A stretch of 64,000 nucleotides of DNA from Eukaryota sp. GEM-RC1 (GCA_040285855.1 JAUFOQ010000016.1:2418001-2482000); one strand, 5' to 3'; shown: positions 1-12,484, numbered from the stretch's first letter. Numbers and translations: made by a program. Notes: generated by a model not told the origin, from the letters alone.

Positions 1-25
1 TCACTTTTTCACTTTCACAATTTCA

Positions 26-1459
26 ATGTCTGTTTGTGAAGGTTGTGAACAAGGTAAATCTGAATGCTTTTGTCTAGATTGTCAGCTTTCATTCTGCAAT
101 GACTGCATGGCGTTACATGATAAAATCCCAAGAAACCTGGAAACATCGTCGCGGATCTCCCTCCTCTATTCCTGAATGCCCCGATCCCAAACACAAAGGC
201 AAAAGCCTCGAATACTTTTGTCTAACATGTGTCAAAGTAATCTGCGTTGATTGCGTGTTTGTCCCTATTTAACTTCTTCTTATCATAGTGTGTTGGGGGA
301 TGTTCTCGCCATCATCAATCTATCATCAAGACCACTGAAATGGTCCAACGTGTCCGATCAAATCTGTCCAAGTTTGACGAGGAAGTTTCCGCAAGACTCC
401 AAACTAAAGAGTCAAAGGCCCGTAAGGAGGTACTTATTGCGTCCATTGAGTCTTCGATCGTTTATCTTGAAGATTGTCTCTCCTCTACTCTGTCTGCTTC
501 TGGTTCGTACAATGAAAGAGCCTTAAACAGAGTGCTTGAATCCTCCTTCTCTCCCCCTTGAACAACTGAACAAAACAAAACTTGAAAATATGTTAAAAGA
601 GACTTTTGATTATTTAAGTGAGCTTGCAGACATTTTGAACACTAACTTTTCCTTTGTTGACTCCTTGATTCAACAAACTGATATCACCGCTGAAACAATT
701 AATGTCCCTAATGTTTCTAATTCACCTAATTTTAGCTTATCCTATGCCCAGACTGTGGTAGACACTTGCGAGAAGGCAACTGTTGATTCTTTACAGAAGC
801 AAGTTTCAGATCTTACGTTGGAAAAGCAAGAACTTCAAAAAGAAAAGGAAGAACTTCTACTCAAAACTAAATCTACTGCTACTCTTGCCAACGATATCCT
901 CGCTACCCTCTCTACTGATGAACCTAGTGAGCCTACAACTAGTGAAGCTGTTAAAGAAAAGGAGTTGTCAATCATTCCTTATGGTGCTAGATTTACATCA
1001 ATCAATATGGGCTCTAATGTTACTCTTTCTGAAGGTGACTCTGTTGTTACAATGAATGGCTCTGGGCATACTAACTCCTTTGTTCCTGTTCACTATAATT
1101 CTAACAATGGGAATTGCACTATTGTTTTTACTCGATTGGATGGTAATGGAGATAACCATGTTGCCTATGGATGGTTTAGGACATCAGACATTACATCTGG
1201 CAATACTATGGGGAGTAATTATTGTTGTCATTATGCGGGATCTGTTTATAACAATGGTAGTAGTCAGGGAAGTTGTGGATCTCCATCTAATCCCGGTGAT
1301 TCAGTAATTGTTTCTATTTACAACAATACTGTCTATATCAAGTGTTCAAACAACTCCACAGTGCGCAGTTTTTCTGTGCCAAATGAATCCAGTATCGGAT
1401 ATCGTTATCATTTTGGAGTTGTGCTTTATGCCAATAATTCACAAGTTCATGTGAAATAG
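26..1459 (+). CDS. B-box x2 / coiled-coil / SPRY-like protein (RING-less TRIM-like); one intron (255-288), two frame breaks (~135, ~555)
   Basis: ATG 26 gives MSVCEGCEQGKSECFCLDCQLSFCNDCMALH (B-box 1). After a +1 shift comes CPDPKHKGKSLEYFCLTCVKVICVDC (B-box 2). The 34-nt GT-AG intron joins in frame to ORF 340-561. ORF 536-1459 has a coiled coil (LQKQVSDLTLEKQELQKEKEEL) and a beta-rich SPRY-like C-terminus. Confidence 0.7.
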
Positions 1460-2002
1460 TCTCTTAGCTTAATTTCAGTTTCATTTCAGTTTTGCAGACG
1501 CAATATATAAACCAGTCAAATGAGTCTTATTCATAGAACTTTGTTCATGACATTAGTCCAGAATTCAATACAGTCTATATGTTCAGAATAAATCCGAATG
1601 TACAGTTTGATGCACTGTATTGTTGTTCTATGTGGTACTTTCAGTTAGTATAAAATGCATTAAGTAAAACTGACTTTTAATATGAATACAGTGACACTTG
1701 TTTACTAATTGACTGTTATCGCCTCTCCTTTTTCTATCTCACTCATTGTTGTAGATACAAAATCCCCAATTTCTTAACAGGCGTTCTGTTTCTGCTGGGT
1801 AAATCAGAATTCCGCGCATTTTACACTGGTATCACTTCTACAAATTTAATTATCGCTCAACGATTTCCAATCAAATGGAATGAAGACCTTTGGTTATCTG
1901 TGTGAAACTTCCAGCTTATGACTACTAGTACTGTAGTATTGTAGTAGCTGGAGTAACAACAACGTGTCATTGTAAGTTTTATTGAAGGCTATTAGTTGCA
2001 AT

Positions 2003-2089
2003 CAGGCTTGTAAAAAACGTTGACAAGAATTAAAAACGTCGTTTTTTTCAAAATACGTTTGAAACGTTTTTTATCAATCGACAAGCCTG
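2003..2089. mobile_element. Tiny TIR element (hAT-like MITE)
   Basis: TIR CAGGCTTGT...ACAAGCCTG. The flanks GTTGCAAT/GTTCCAGT resemble a decayed 8-bp TSD. The same left end recurs at 45603. Confidence 0.55.
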
Positions 2090-2093
2090 GTTC

Positions 2094-2166
2094 CAGTGAA
2101 CTCTAACACGTAACACACGTGTTAACACGTGTTAGTTTCGATTTTTGAACGTGTTAGCGTTCACTG
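2094..2166. mobile_element. Tiny TIR element (hAT-like MITE)
   Basis: CAGTGAACTCTAACACG...CGTGTTAGCGTTCACTG with internal TAACACG repeats. The same end recurs at 45761. Confidence 0.6.
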
Positions 2167-2837
2167 ATTAGTTGCATCAACCACAGTCGGACTTAATGTT
2201 CTATAAATGTCAAAAAAGTTTCACAATGTATTTCTTTCAGTAATGTTCAGATTTTGAGTCAGGGCATTTTAAACTAGAATTCGATATCATTAAAGCAACT
2301 TTCATTGCCATTGAAACTGACAGAAGCCCTGAAAAGATTAAAAATATTGTGAACGCTCAATGTTTTCTTTGACCGAGCCGAGTCGAATTTTAACTCTAGA
2401 CATTCGAAATGTTTTAAAAGGTGTCTTTGCAATTTCTTAAGAGCAAATTTCAAAGTAGTGACACATCGTTCTGGGATTACATATATCCCAATTTTGTGTT
2501 CAAACAGTATGATTATAGAATGTTGACTATAGTAATAACATGTTGAATTTATGATGTGCAACAAATGTCAATTTCCAAACAATGATCATTCATCTTGAAA
2601 GAAAACTTTCTGAACCCTTTTTCCATGTTTCTAGAACTTGACAATTTGGTATGAGACACACTGTTGGTGCAAATAATGAATCTATTACAATATAGGACAC
2701 GGGAATTATTCTGTATATTTCTTTGAAGTACTACATGTAGCACTATTCTATTCTAAGAAAGATTGAACCAAAAAATCAGTGAGTTACAATAGTAATCAAA
2801 ATGAACGATTTATTAGACACAAAATTTTATACATAAA

Positions 2838-5800
2838 CTATGACATTTCAAACATAAACGGTAGTAAAAACTTCCGTGGGTGAACAAACGAATCTTTCAA
2901 AATTTGGTTAAATACAGGTTCACTTTTCCAATTTTGAGGAACTAAAAACAGAGTTGCAAATATATTCACCACAACCAACACAAAGATTAAAGCACCCACA
3001 AGCATAAAGTCAAAGTTACGCAGCACATACCACGGGAAGAATACAAACACCACAACAACAACAGTAACTGTAAGTTGACCAAAGCATCCTGCTAAATAAG
3101 AAAGATAAACAGGAACTCCAAGAGCCAATTGATAAAGATTGAAGGCCACCATAAGAGGCAAGTACACGAAGAAGTAAATCACTTGCCCAATCAAAGAAAA
3201 AATGATTTGGAAACCCCACCCTAACACCAGTGACAGAACTTGAAGGAAAGACTTTCCTGTAGAGACCACCATTGAAGAAACAATGATCCAAGCCAGACCA
3301 GTAAGTTGACCCCAAGATTGATCAAAAACTTCCTCCATTCTGAAAAAATGAAGAATTAGGGCTGGGAAACCAAGAAGAACATATGGAACCGTAGTTATAG
3401 GGAAGAATAAATAAGACAGAACTACAATTAAAATATGAGAAGAGAAATAGAAGATGTTCATTAGGATAACAATAATGGCCAAAATTGCTAAACCAAATTC
3501 TGACTGTCGTGAATTTTGAAAGCAGTTTTGGACAATAGATTTAGCTTTAAAGGCCAAGCCAAAAGTACAGATAAAGAAAGCAATGGTGAAAATGAAGCTC
3601 ATGAATGCAATCACTAGCTGCATCACAATCAAAATGACCACGGAAATGGAAATAAAGAAAACACGTTCCATAGAGTAAAAAGTCAGATGAAATCGGAAAT
3701 ATTCAAGACAAAATCGGTAATATCGATTAAAGAAATGGCCAAAAATAAATGGCTTCGAATTGATTAATAAATTCATTGCAACAGTAGTAATTAAGGTTAA
3801 CAAAAGTGAAACAACTTTTAGTGGAATCAAAACGATATCAACAAACTTACACAACGAATCCCACAAATGAAAGTGAATTGATCGTTCTAGTCCCAATTCC
3901 AAAATTTTAGCAACATTTGAATCAATAATATACGGAGAAACTCCATTACCAACAGAATCAGCGTGAACAAATGTAAATTTAGTGAAAACATCGTAGCTAT
4001 TAAGATTGCAACGTGGACAAAATGAAATCGGAATGGGATCATAAATGAATAATTTAAAAATTTCAGTAGTATGACAATGGCCCCTCTTTATCTCAGGTTT
4101 ATACTGTACAAAGAAAGCCTTCAGAATGCTTAACAACTGGTTCCAGCTTAAGAACACTGGTAAAGTCAAAAGACACTCAACAAATAGTATCACGTCATAG
4201 AAAATCCTGGAGAACCCGTAAATAATAATTTTGTAGATTCTAGAGACAGAATAGTCAATAAAAGCGGTATCTTTGGTAGACAACAGTGAACAAGTAGTGG
4301 ATATATCAGTAAACACCTTTGAGATCTGAATTCCAGCGGAGAAGCTCCTCCAGGTGACCAAGACAATCAGTCCAAAAGGTAAATGCAATAGATCACACAG
4401 AGTCAACCCAAATAATCTAAAAATAGACTTTCTTCGATCATATCCGCTCATTTCAGTAGAGATCAAACGAGTGAAAAAGAAAGGCCATCGAGTAACAGAC
4501 ACTAAACCCACAATAACAACTGGAAAATCCATCAAACAATAACTAAACTCAAGTAAAGCAAGTTTATGTTCAGATGTTCCTCGTTCATAAGTCTTGACTG
4601 CCTTGAACAAGAAAGGCCATCTCCAAGGGAAGATACAACAGAAGACGAAGGGGGGAATGGCGACAATGTCCATGAACATGTATGAGACTTGTTTCCAGAC
4701 CAATACTCTTCTAGAACTGGCTGACATTGCGAACTTATCGTCATAAAGACCTCGTTTAACAGTTACAGGGATTCTCCAAAGACACAGAGGGAAGAGAAGG
4801 TAAACATGAGGGAGATCTAGCATTGCCTCATAAAACTGTCTGATTACTGGACTGTGGATTCCTTGTCTTAGAGTAGTAGCTTTGATATCTCTAATCAAAG
4901 GCATTATTCTCCACGGAGCCACGACACAAGTAAGGATCAGAGTGAACAACATTGGGAGATCAAGTAGAAGCAATCCAAACTGTTTTGCTATCAGTACTTT
5001 ACGCTCACCCTCAGTCATTTCACCTTCCTCTAAGAAGATCTCACGGACAAGAACTCCACGCCAACAAGAAAGTTTTAGAGGGATGGAGAAGAAAAAGATA
5101 ATGATGTCAGTAAACCATAGAAAAGCTTCGTGGTAAACACAAGAATGGAATCTTGAGGTAAACTTGACAGATCGTTCATCAGAATCAATTTGTTCTACTG
5201 CACACTTTCCTTCAGCAATGGCTAGAACCATTTCAGGCCATCTCCAGCGAGTAATAAACACTAGAGCTATGAGGAAAAAGGCGGGGAGATCCAAGAAGAA
5301 ATAATAGAGCTCAAGGAGGATTGCTAATCTGGCCTTCATCGAGGTCGGAGCTTCAGTCACTCTTTCAAACAGAGCTTTCCTTCTCCAAGAGAGAATTGCA
5401 GGAAGCCCAAGGATGATGAAGGGGAGATCTAGGATTGAAGAAAATGATTGCTTCAAACTAGGGAGGTGCCATCCGAGCCAACCCCCAAAGTAACGTGCGC
5501 TATCACCGTGAGTTTCCGCAGCAGTCTTGAAGACTATAGGTAGGCGATAAACAGTCAAAGTCACGAACAATAAAGACGGGAAGGAGAGAATGTCAATGAA
5601 CAAATGGAAAAAGTGAGAGATAACAAATGAGTAACGTTGTTTGGCCGCCACGTAACTGCATAAGGAAGGTTGGTCTGAATCAAGCTCTCGATAATCACTG
5701 GTGAGCTCATTTTGATGATATTTGGACTGAGTGGGAACAAACAACTGATAGAGAAGAGAGAATGACCTCCACGTGACACAAACAAGAGCTCCCATCGCAA

Positions 5801-7301
5801 TAATTGGAATTTCCATGAATATAGTAAATATTTGCTTCCACACAACAGTGTTCCAACGAGTGACATTTCGTTTTAGAATTAACACAGTAGTAGTAATTCT
5901 ATAAACAGTAGGAATAATGACAATACATCCACAAACAGCAGTGATGACATCAAAAAAGACAGTGAAAAAGTTAATAATGACAAAACCACCAAATGTCTGT
6001 TCCGCATCAGAAAGGTCAGTCAATGACGTGGAAAATTGAAACTTTTCACGACAAATCTTCCATTGATTGAAAACACTGAGACTCTTCCACGTAAGCAAAC
6101 AAAACACAGTCAGTGGAAATATTAAAATATCAGCTACAAGATAGAAAAACCCATGAACCATTGCCGCGTGGAAACAGTCTGATTTGTTGGAAATCCGTAG
6201 CAACCGAGGGAATCTATAAATAGTAACCAAATTTAAAACAGTAAAGGGGAAAACCAAAATATCCAAAATTAGATTAATAAAGAACGTAAAAGCGAGACCC
6301 CGTCTAAACAAAGCAATAGGTGTATTCTTTGGAATCTCTTTAAAGAAACAGTTACTAATAAAAGAAGGAGATCGCCATGAGAAAAGTACCGGAATTGATA
6401 CTATAATGGCGGGAAGATCCAACCAACCTTCAATAGAACTGGCGACAAAGACTTTAACAAACAGATCAAAGAAGGGCTCGTCATCAAGTTCCTGTTTCAG
6501 ACTGGAGGCTGACTGAAGAAGAATGGGAATCCTATGAGGGGCAATCACGTGACTAATACAAGAAAAGACGATTAAACCAATTCCTACCAACACCTGAACA
6601 ACAAGACCGACAAGCATCAAGAAGAAGTCAAAGAAGGAGCCCTCCTTGTGAACCTCGAAGAGACCAAAGAAGAGAGAGACATTGAACTTAAGTACAGTGA
6701 TGAAGAGCAGGAAGACCAGGGGGATACAGAGGAAGACCAAGGGAAACTCGACCAAGGTAAGAAGGACATCGCTACGCCAATGTTTGTTGGAAGGGGAAAC
6801 ATTGAGACGTTGAACAAGAGCACGGAGACGAAGGAGAAGAAATGTATTGACAAGAATTAAGATGAGCATAAAGGGATCGGAAAGGGCAAGGAACAGACCG
6901 AGATAAGCGTCCGAGGTTGAGGGTTCACTTTCTGACTGTTCTTTGTTGAACAAGGAAGTGATCCACTTTTGGCAAAAACAGCGGCCGAGAAAAGGAGAAG
7001 CTAGTGGTAGAACGATAAGACTCACACCAAGCGAAGTACCAGCTATACTAGGTATAAAGATGTAAACACTAGCAGCAAGCAATACGGGGGAGAAAAACCC
7101 AACGATACAGCACATAGCGATCAGAAAACGAACAAGTATCTTAGGAACATTGGATGGTTCCACGCTGTCTACATCTTTTAACTTTGGAAGAAGACAATAG
7201 GACACGAGTAAAGAGGGGAGTGCGAGGACGAAAAAAACCCCTCGGATGAGATAGGCTATAGCCACGAAGAGATACAGAATCCATGGAGTGTTATTTGCCA
7301 T
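2838..7301 (-). CDS. 1487-aa polytopic membrane protein built of ~18 hydrophobic D-[LI]-P...[WY]R repeats
   Basis: Uninterrupted ORF with recurring units such as LDLPAIIVSIPVLFSWRSP, LDLPFIILGLPAILSWRR and LDLPMLFTLILTCVVAPWRI. Confidence 0.9.
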   Translation of the reverse strand: MANNTPWILYLFVAIAYLIRGVFFVLALPSLLVSYCLLPKLKDVDSVEPSNVPKILVRFLIAMCCIVGFFSPVLLAASVYIFIPSIAGTSLGVSLIVLPLASPFLGRCFCQKWITSLFNKEQSESEPSTSDAYLGLFLALSDPFMLILILVNTFLLLRLRALVQRLNVSPSNKHWRSDVLLTLVEFPLVFLCIPLVFLLFITVLKFNVSLFFGLFEVHKEGSFFDFFLMLVGLVVQVLVGIGLIVFSCISHVIAPHRIPILLQSASSLKQELDDEPFFDLFVKVFVASSIEGWLDLPAIIVSIPVLFSWRSPSFISNCFFKEIPKNTPIALFRRGLAFTFFINLILDILVFPFTVLNLVTIYRFPRLLRISNKSDCFHAAMVHGFFYLVADILIFPLTVFCLLTWKSLSVFNQWKICREKFQFSTSLTDLSDAEQTFGGFVIINFFTVFFDVITAVCGCIVIIPTVYRITTTVLILKRNVTRWNTVVWKQIFTIFMEIPIIAMGALVCVTWRSFSLLYQLFVPTQSKYHQNELTSDYRELDSDQPSLCSYVAAKQRYSFVISHFFHLFIDILSFPSLLFVTLTVYRLPIVFKTAAETHGDSARYFGGWLGWHLPSLKQSFSSILDLPFIILGLPAILSWRRKALFERVTEAPTSMKARLAILLELYYFFLDLPAFFLIALVFITRWRWPEMVLAIAEGKCAVEQIDSDERSVKFTSRFHSCVYHEAFLWFTDIIIFFFSIPLKLSCWRGVLVREIFLEEGEMTEGERKVLIAKQFGLLLLDLPMLFTLILTCVVAPWRIMPLIRDIKATTLRQGIHSPVIRQFYEAMLDLPHVYLLFPLCLWRIPVTVKRGLYDDKFAMSASSRRVLVWKQVSYMFMDIVAIPPFVFCCIFPWRWPFLFKAVKTYERGTSEHKLALLEFSYCLMDFPVVIVGLVSVTRWPFFFTRLISTEMSGYDRRKSIFRLFGLTLCDLLHLPFGLIVLVTWRSFSAGIQISKVFTDISTTCSLLSTKDTAFIDYSVSRIYKIIIYGFSRIFYDVILFVECLLTLPVFLSWNQLLSILKAFFVQYKPEIKRGHCHTTEIFKLFIYDPIPISFCPRCNLNSYDVFTKFTFVHADSVGNGVSPYIIDSNVAKILELGLERSIHFHLWDSLCKFVDIVLIPLKVVSLLLTLITTVAMNLLINSKPFIFGHFFNRYYRFCLEYFRFHLTFYSMERVFFISISVVILIVMQLVIAFMSFIFTIAFFICTFGLAFKAKSIVQNCFQNSRQSEFGLAILAIIVILMNIFYFSSHILIVVLSYLFFPITTVPYVLLGFPALILHFFRMEEVFDQSWGQLTGLAWIIVSSMVVSTGKSFLQVLSLVLGWGFQIIFSLIGQVIYFFVYLPLMVAFNLYQLALGVPVYLSYLAGCFGQLTVTVVVVVFVFFPWYVLRNFDFMLVGALIFVLVVVNIFATLFLVPQNWKSEPVFNQILKDSFVHPRKFLLPFMFEMS

Positions 7302-7330
7302 TGAGTGAATTGATTTTCTACTGATACAGT

Positions 7331-8205
7331 TAGTGTTGCACCTGGGCTCAGCCCTTTACAATTCAGCCCGCCTGTGCTAAGCCCTTTTGTTTCAGCCCGC
7401 CCAAGCAAATCACTAGCCAGCCCAGCCCAGCCCGTAATTTCGTCAGCCCAGCTCAGCCCAGCCCCCAGCCCAAACAAGTAAACATCGATATAGTATTGTC
7501 TAACTTTTTAGCTTATGGTTATTAAGTTCTTTATATTTGCAATCAGAATAATTAATTTATTCATAATGTCTGGTTGTAATATCAAAAATAATACACGTAA
7601 ATGTATAAACTAAATTAATCTACTCCACTTTCTTCACCATCATCAAGTTCTATTTTTAGAGACTTCATTTCTTGTAAAAATTGTTCAAACTCCACTTTCA
7701 TCCAGAATCTCAAGCTCAATATCACTCTCAAAGACTCAGTGGAGAGCTTTTTTCGACTTTAAAGAAGCAGCAGAAGCAGGAGGTGGGGTGTCATCTATTA
7801 TTGTTACGATGTCTTGGCGAGAGGGCATTACAAAAAAAGCAAGATTGTGAATAGACTGAAAGAAGATGAATTAGAGTTCATGCAATCTACACTGAGGAAC
7901 ATCACAACAAACAAATTGATTCGTGTAATTAGTAGTTTATTCACAATAGTATCTTTTAACTATTACAATGACTGTTGGTCAATGGCATAACGATCCTTAC
8001 AACATTGATACTGATTTCTACTGTTGACAAATGTTGCAATAAAAAATTAGAGTTGTAAATGGGCTAAAGGGCTGAGCCCGGTGAATTGTCAAGCCGCCCG
8101 GGCTTAAGCCACAAACTCTCAAGCCCAGTCCAGATTGTACTGCAGCCCGCCAGGCTGGGCGGCTGGGCTGGGCTGCGGGCTGGGGCTGAAATTGGTGCAA
8201 CACTA
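7331..8205 (-). mobile_element. Non-autonomous hAT-type element (internal-deletion derivative)
   Basis: 12-bp TIR TAGTGTTGCACC/GGTGCAACACTA, perfect 8-bp TSD GATACAGT (7323-7330, 8206-8213) and CAGCC/GGCTG subterminal repeats. Minus strand 7615-7828 encodes a short N-terminus joined out of frame to RKKLSTESLRVILSLRFW (hAT C-terminal-like). Confidence 0.9.
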
Positions 8206-8990
8206 GATACAGTGAAATACGTTAATTTATGGTCCAATCAATCACAAGCACAATGTACAAGATTGGCTAACTGAACTGCAAAATTGGAAGAGACACCGTC
8301 TTGACTGACTTCATATTCATTTACGTCATTTAATACTCGGAGACAGATGTCATCTAGACTGTAGTTTTGATTGAAATAAGTTCCAAATTACTCTGGTTTA
8401 GTTTAGTAAGGGCAGAGCGTTTGATATATTTTTTGCAATCTCCTAATAAATGTAGATGGATCAAATATGTTCCATCCATTCAACCCGATGACAGTCATTT
8501 CACTCAACGAATAAGTTTGTGTAATTCTAGTTCAAACTATTGTACTTCTAATCAACAGAACTTACCAATTGAAGATCGAAGTCAATGTGCCACTAAACTG
8601 AAAAGTGACAGTTATCCACACACAATGATAAAGGTACAATGAATCATTTTCAATGATGCTCAGTATTAGTACATGAAGAGTTTCAGGAATAGGTTGGTGT
8701 GCTATTTGTAAATCACATATCTGGTTCAAACAGTTTTTTGCTATTCGTGACTAGTATTTATGACTTTGGGTTTTATGTTTTGCTTTGGACGCAGAATATC
8801 GTCGTACATTACTAAGCCGCAAGGTCATAAGATAATTTGTATCAATCCGATGTCTTACGTGTCGTAATATTATCGCACTGTCATTTATAATAGTACTTAG
8901 GAACAGCTGAAAGCTTCAGCCTAAAACCAAAAGTCTAAATCGAAAGTTTCAACATTAACCTTTCTCCCATTGGTGCAAAATTTATGCCAA

Positions 8991-11900
8991 ATGTCTACTG
9001 ACAGCGCTCCACTCTTACAGAAGTCTACTTCAAAACAGACAAAGAGGAAGAGCAAGAAGGCTATACCGTTGAAAGCATCTTCTGTATATGCACCTTCTGT
9101 CGTCTCTGGATCTCATATCAATCAATCCTGTCTAAAAGAAGAAGATTTTCCCATCGCAGTAACATCTCTAAGGCTTTCTTACACGAAGTTCTCTCTATTT
9201 ATTCTGCTATCAATCATTACCCTTGGTGTCCTCCCTTTATTATGTCACTGGTTTGTCCGAATGAAAAGTCTCCTTCAGTATTCTTATGCAACTCCTGAAA
9301 CTGCTTCTCACGTACTGATTTTGGATTATGAAGACAAATACCATCTATTACCAGTGTCAACCACTCCCTCTGATGTCCCGTTCTTCTGCTTCCGATACGT
9401 TAGATTCGTCCTTGCTCCTGTATCCATCAGATCTCAGCTTTCATTCACTTGTCACTTGGATAATTGGACTCCTATTGAGTTCATCCCTGCTATTCCCTCC
9501 TCAGTGATTGTAGATCGGTACTCCGCTGGCATCACCTCTTCTTCTCTACCACTCTTCTCCTCTCTCTTTGGTCTCAATGAACTAGACATCCCCATTGGTT
9601 CCTTCTTCAAGCTTCTCATCACTGAATCCCTCAATCCTTTCTACATCTTCCAAGCTGCTTCTGTGATCCTATGGTGGTTCTCCGATTACCAAGTCTATGC
9701 CACGTGTATCCTTGTCATCTCTCTCTTCTCAGTCTCCCTCTCTGTCATTGAAGTCCGAAGAAACCGTAGAAAGCTCTCTGAAATGGCTCGCTTTTCCTCT
9801 GATGTTACAGTTCTGCGTGGTGAAACTTACTCTACCATCGACTCCTCACTTCTCCTCCCTGGTGATATCATCTCCATTCCAACCACCTCCACCTCTCTTA
9901 TCCCCTGCGATTGCGTTCTTCTCTCTGGTTCTTGTCTCGTCAATGAAGCTGCAATGACTGGTGAGTCCAACCCTGTTCCTAAGTCCTCTCTCACCCCTTC
10001 CTCAGCTGTCTTTGCTCCTGGAACTGACCGAAGACACACCCTCTTCTGTGGAAGTACTGTTGTTAGAGCTAAGCCTGTTCATCACGATGCCAAGGTCAAG
10101 GCTCTCGTCATGAGGACTGGATTCTACTCAGCCAAAGGATGTCTTGTCAGAAACATTCTCTTCCCTCGCAGTACCGGTCTTCAGTTCTATGCTGACTCAC
10201 TTAAGTTCATTGGGGTGTTCTCAATCTTTGCTCTTGGTGGAGCTGCTTACTCTGTCTATATCGCTTACACTAACAACTTCCCCCCTATTTGAAGTCGTGA
10301 TTAGATCTCTTGACGTCATCACAATCATTGTACCTCCTGCTCTCCCCTGCAGCGATGTCAGTTGGTACTTCATTTGCCTTGTTACGGTTAAAGAAGAAGA
10401 ACATCAACTGTATTTCTCCTACTAGAATCAATGTGGCAGGTATCACGTCATATGTTTTCTTTGATAAGACTGGGACTCTAACAGAAGAAGGTCTCGATGT
10501 GCACAGTTGTTACGATTCTGATCTCAATCAACATTTTGACCTTGCATCACGTCAGATTCCGACCCTGCTACGTGCTTCTTTTGGAGTTGCCCATTCCCTG
10601 TCCTCTGATGACGATGGTAGACTTCTAGGAGATCCTCTAGACGCTACTATGGTAAATGCTGCTAGGTGGGATATCGAGGAGATTGTTGGAGATGTGAGCT
10701 CAGTGGCAAACCCAATCATTTGCAGACCAAAGTATACTTTTGAGGAAGATTTCTTTGTCAATAATAATCTTAAGGGATTGTCAGTATTACGGAGATTTGA
10801 TTTCTCATCAAGTTTACAGAGAATGTCGGTGATTGCTTTTGATCCTCAATCAAGACAGTTTTTCTCAATCATAAAAGGTGCCCCAGAAGCTGTTGTTTCT
10901 TTATGCTTGGAGGACACGATTCCTAAAGACCTGAGCTCTATTATTGATGGACTTTCCACTCAAGGAAAGAGGGTTTTGGCAATTGGAGGTAGAATATTGG
11001 GATCTATGTCAGTCAATCGAGCGTACAAGGCAAGTCGCTCAAAAATCGAAAAAGATTTTGAATTTCTGGGCCTGATTGTTTTCACTAATCGTGTTCGTCA
11101 TGATTCTCCTACAGTGATTGCTGAACTTCTCGCTGCGAATATCAAAACTGCAATGGTTACTGGTGATCACATTGCCACTGGCATTGCTGTGTCAAGAGAA
11201 GTTGGTATCGTCCCACAAGCCTCTGTGGCTCTTATTGTTGATACTTTGAAGGAGAAGCTTGTGTTTAGTTTGAATGGTGCTGTAGAAAGCCTTTCGTTGT
11301 TTAAAAATGATGAGACTGCTGACGTTTACGCTTCGTTGAAGTCAAGATACCCCTCTTTTAAACAAGGAATCTTTACTAATGAGTATGACGTCATTAGATT
11401 TGTTGATGACGTCATCAAGTCGACGAAAATGTCGAAAAGGCAACGCAAAAATCTCTACAAATATAAATTCTGCAATAATGAGCTTACTCTTGGCGCTACT
11501 GGCAAAGGATTCCGCCTTTTGGAATCCGGTCACGCCTGTCAAGATCCATGCCCTTCTACTAAATGCAAATCCAACTGTTTGTTCTGTCTTTGGCTTTCTC
11601 AATGCAAAGTCTTTGGTAGAATGACGCCTAATGATAAGGCAGATCTGATGACGTATTTTGGAACGTTATCTTCCTTTGTAGGCGATGGGTGTAATGATTG
11701 TGGAGCTCTAAGAGCAGCTGGAGTCGGGGTTTCCCTATCAGAGGCAGAGGCTTCTATTGCCGCACCTTTTACTTCCTCTGAACCTTCTGTTGCTTGTTCT
11801 GTTGAGACAATGAAGCAAGGCCGAGCATCTTTAGTTACCTCTATTCAGGCCTTTAAGTTCATGGCAATGTACTCAATCATTCAGTTTTGTTCTGTTCTTA

Positions 11901-12484
11901 TTCTATATAGAATTGGCTCTAATCTGGGTGATCTACAGTTTCTCTACATTGACATGTTCCTCATCCTTCCCCTAGCGGTAACAATGGCAAGAGGATCACC
12001 TTCAGCCACACTGGCAAAGAGCAAAGTTCCTGCTGCCTTGGTGTCATTGAGAGTGATGTTGTCTCTCTTTGTTCATATAACTGTTGTTATTTTCAGTCAG
12101 ATTTTCATGCAGTATTTCTTAGCTCAACAAGATTGGTATGAACCTTTGACTCCTGATCCAGGTGATCATAACATTGCTTGTCAAGAGAACACTGTTGGGT
12201 TTTTGTTTTCTAACTTACAGTATGTTACGATGGCGCTCGTGTTGACTACTTCGAAACCACACAAAAAATCAAATTTTACTAATATTTCGTTTGTTGTGTT
12301 TGTTATCGTTGTGTTCTCTGGTGGTGTTTTTGTAGTTTTGAAACATTCAATTCTTTCGGATTATTTGGAATTGGTTCCTGATATACCTTTTTCCTTTAGA
12401 GTTAATATCTTAGTTTTTGCTGGTATTACCGCTCTTTTTGGTTTTATTTTTGAACGTCTTGTTGTTGAGAGACTTGCGGCTTAG
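8991..12484 (+). CDS. P5B-type P-type ATPase (ATP13A/Ypk9-like); two +1 frame breaks in C runs (10280-10285, 10344-10347)
   Basis: TGES, PPALP (in the bridging frame; P5B signature), DKTGTLT, KGAPE, TGD and GDGxND motifs, plus membrane helices. Confidence 0.92.

Noticed and set aside
2259..2331. Additional MITE CAGGGC...GCCCTG
   Set aside because: Only a 6-bp inverted match and no TSD.
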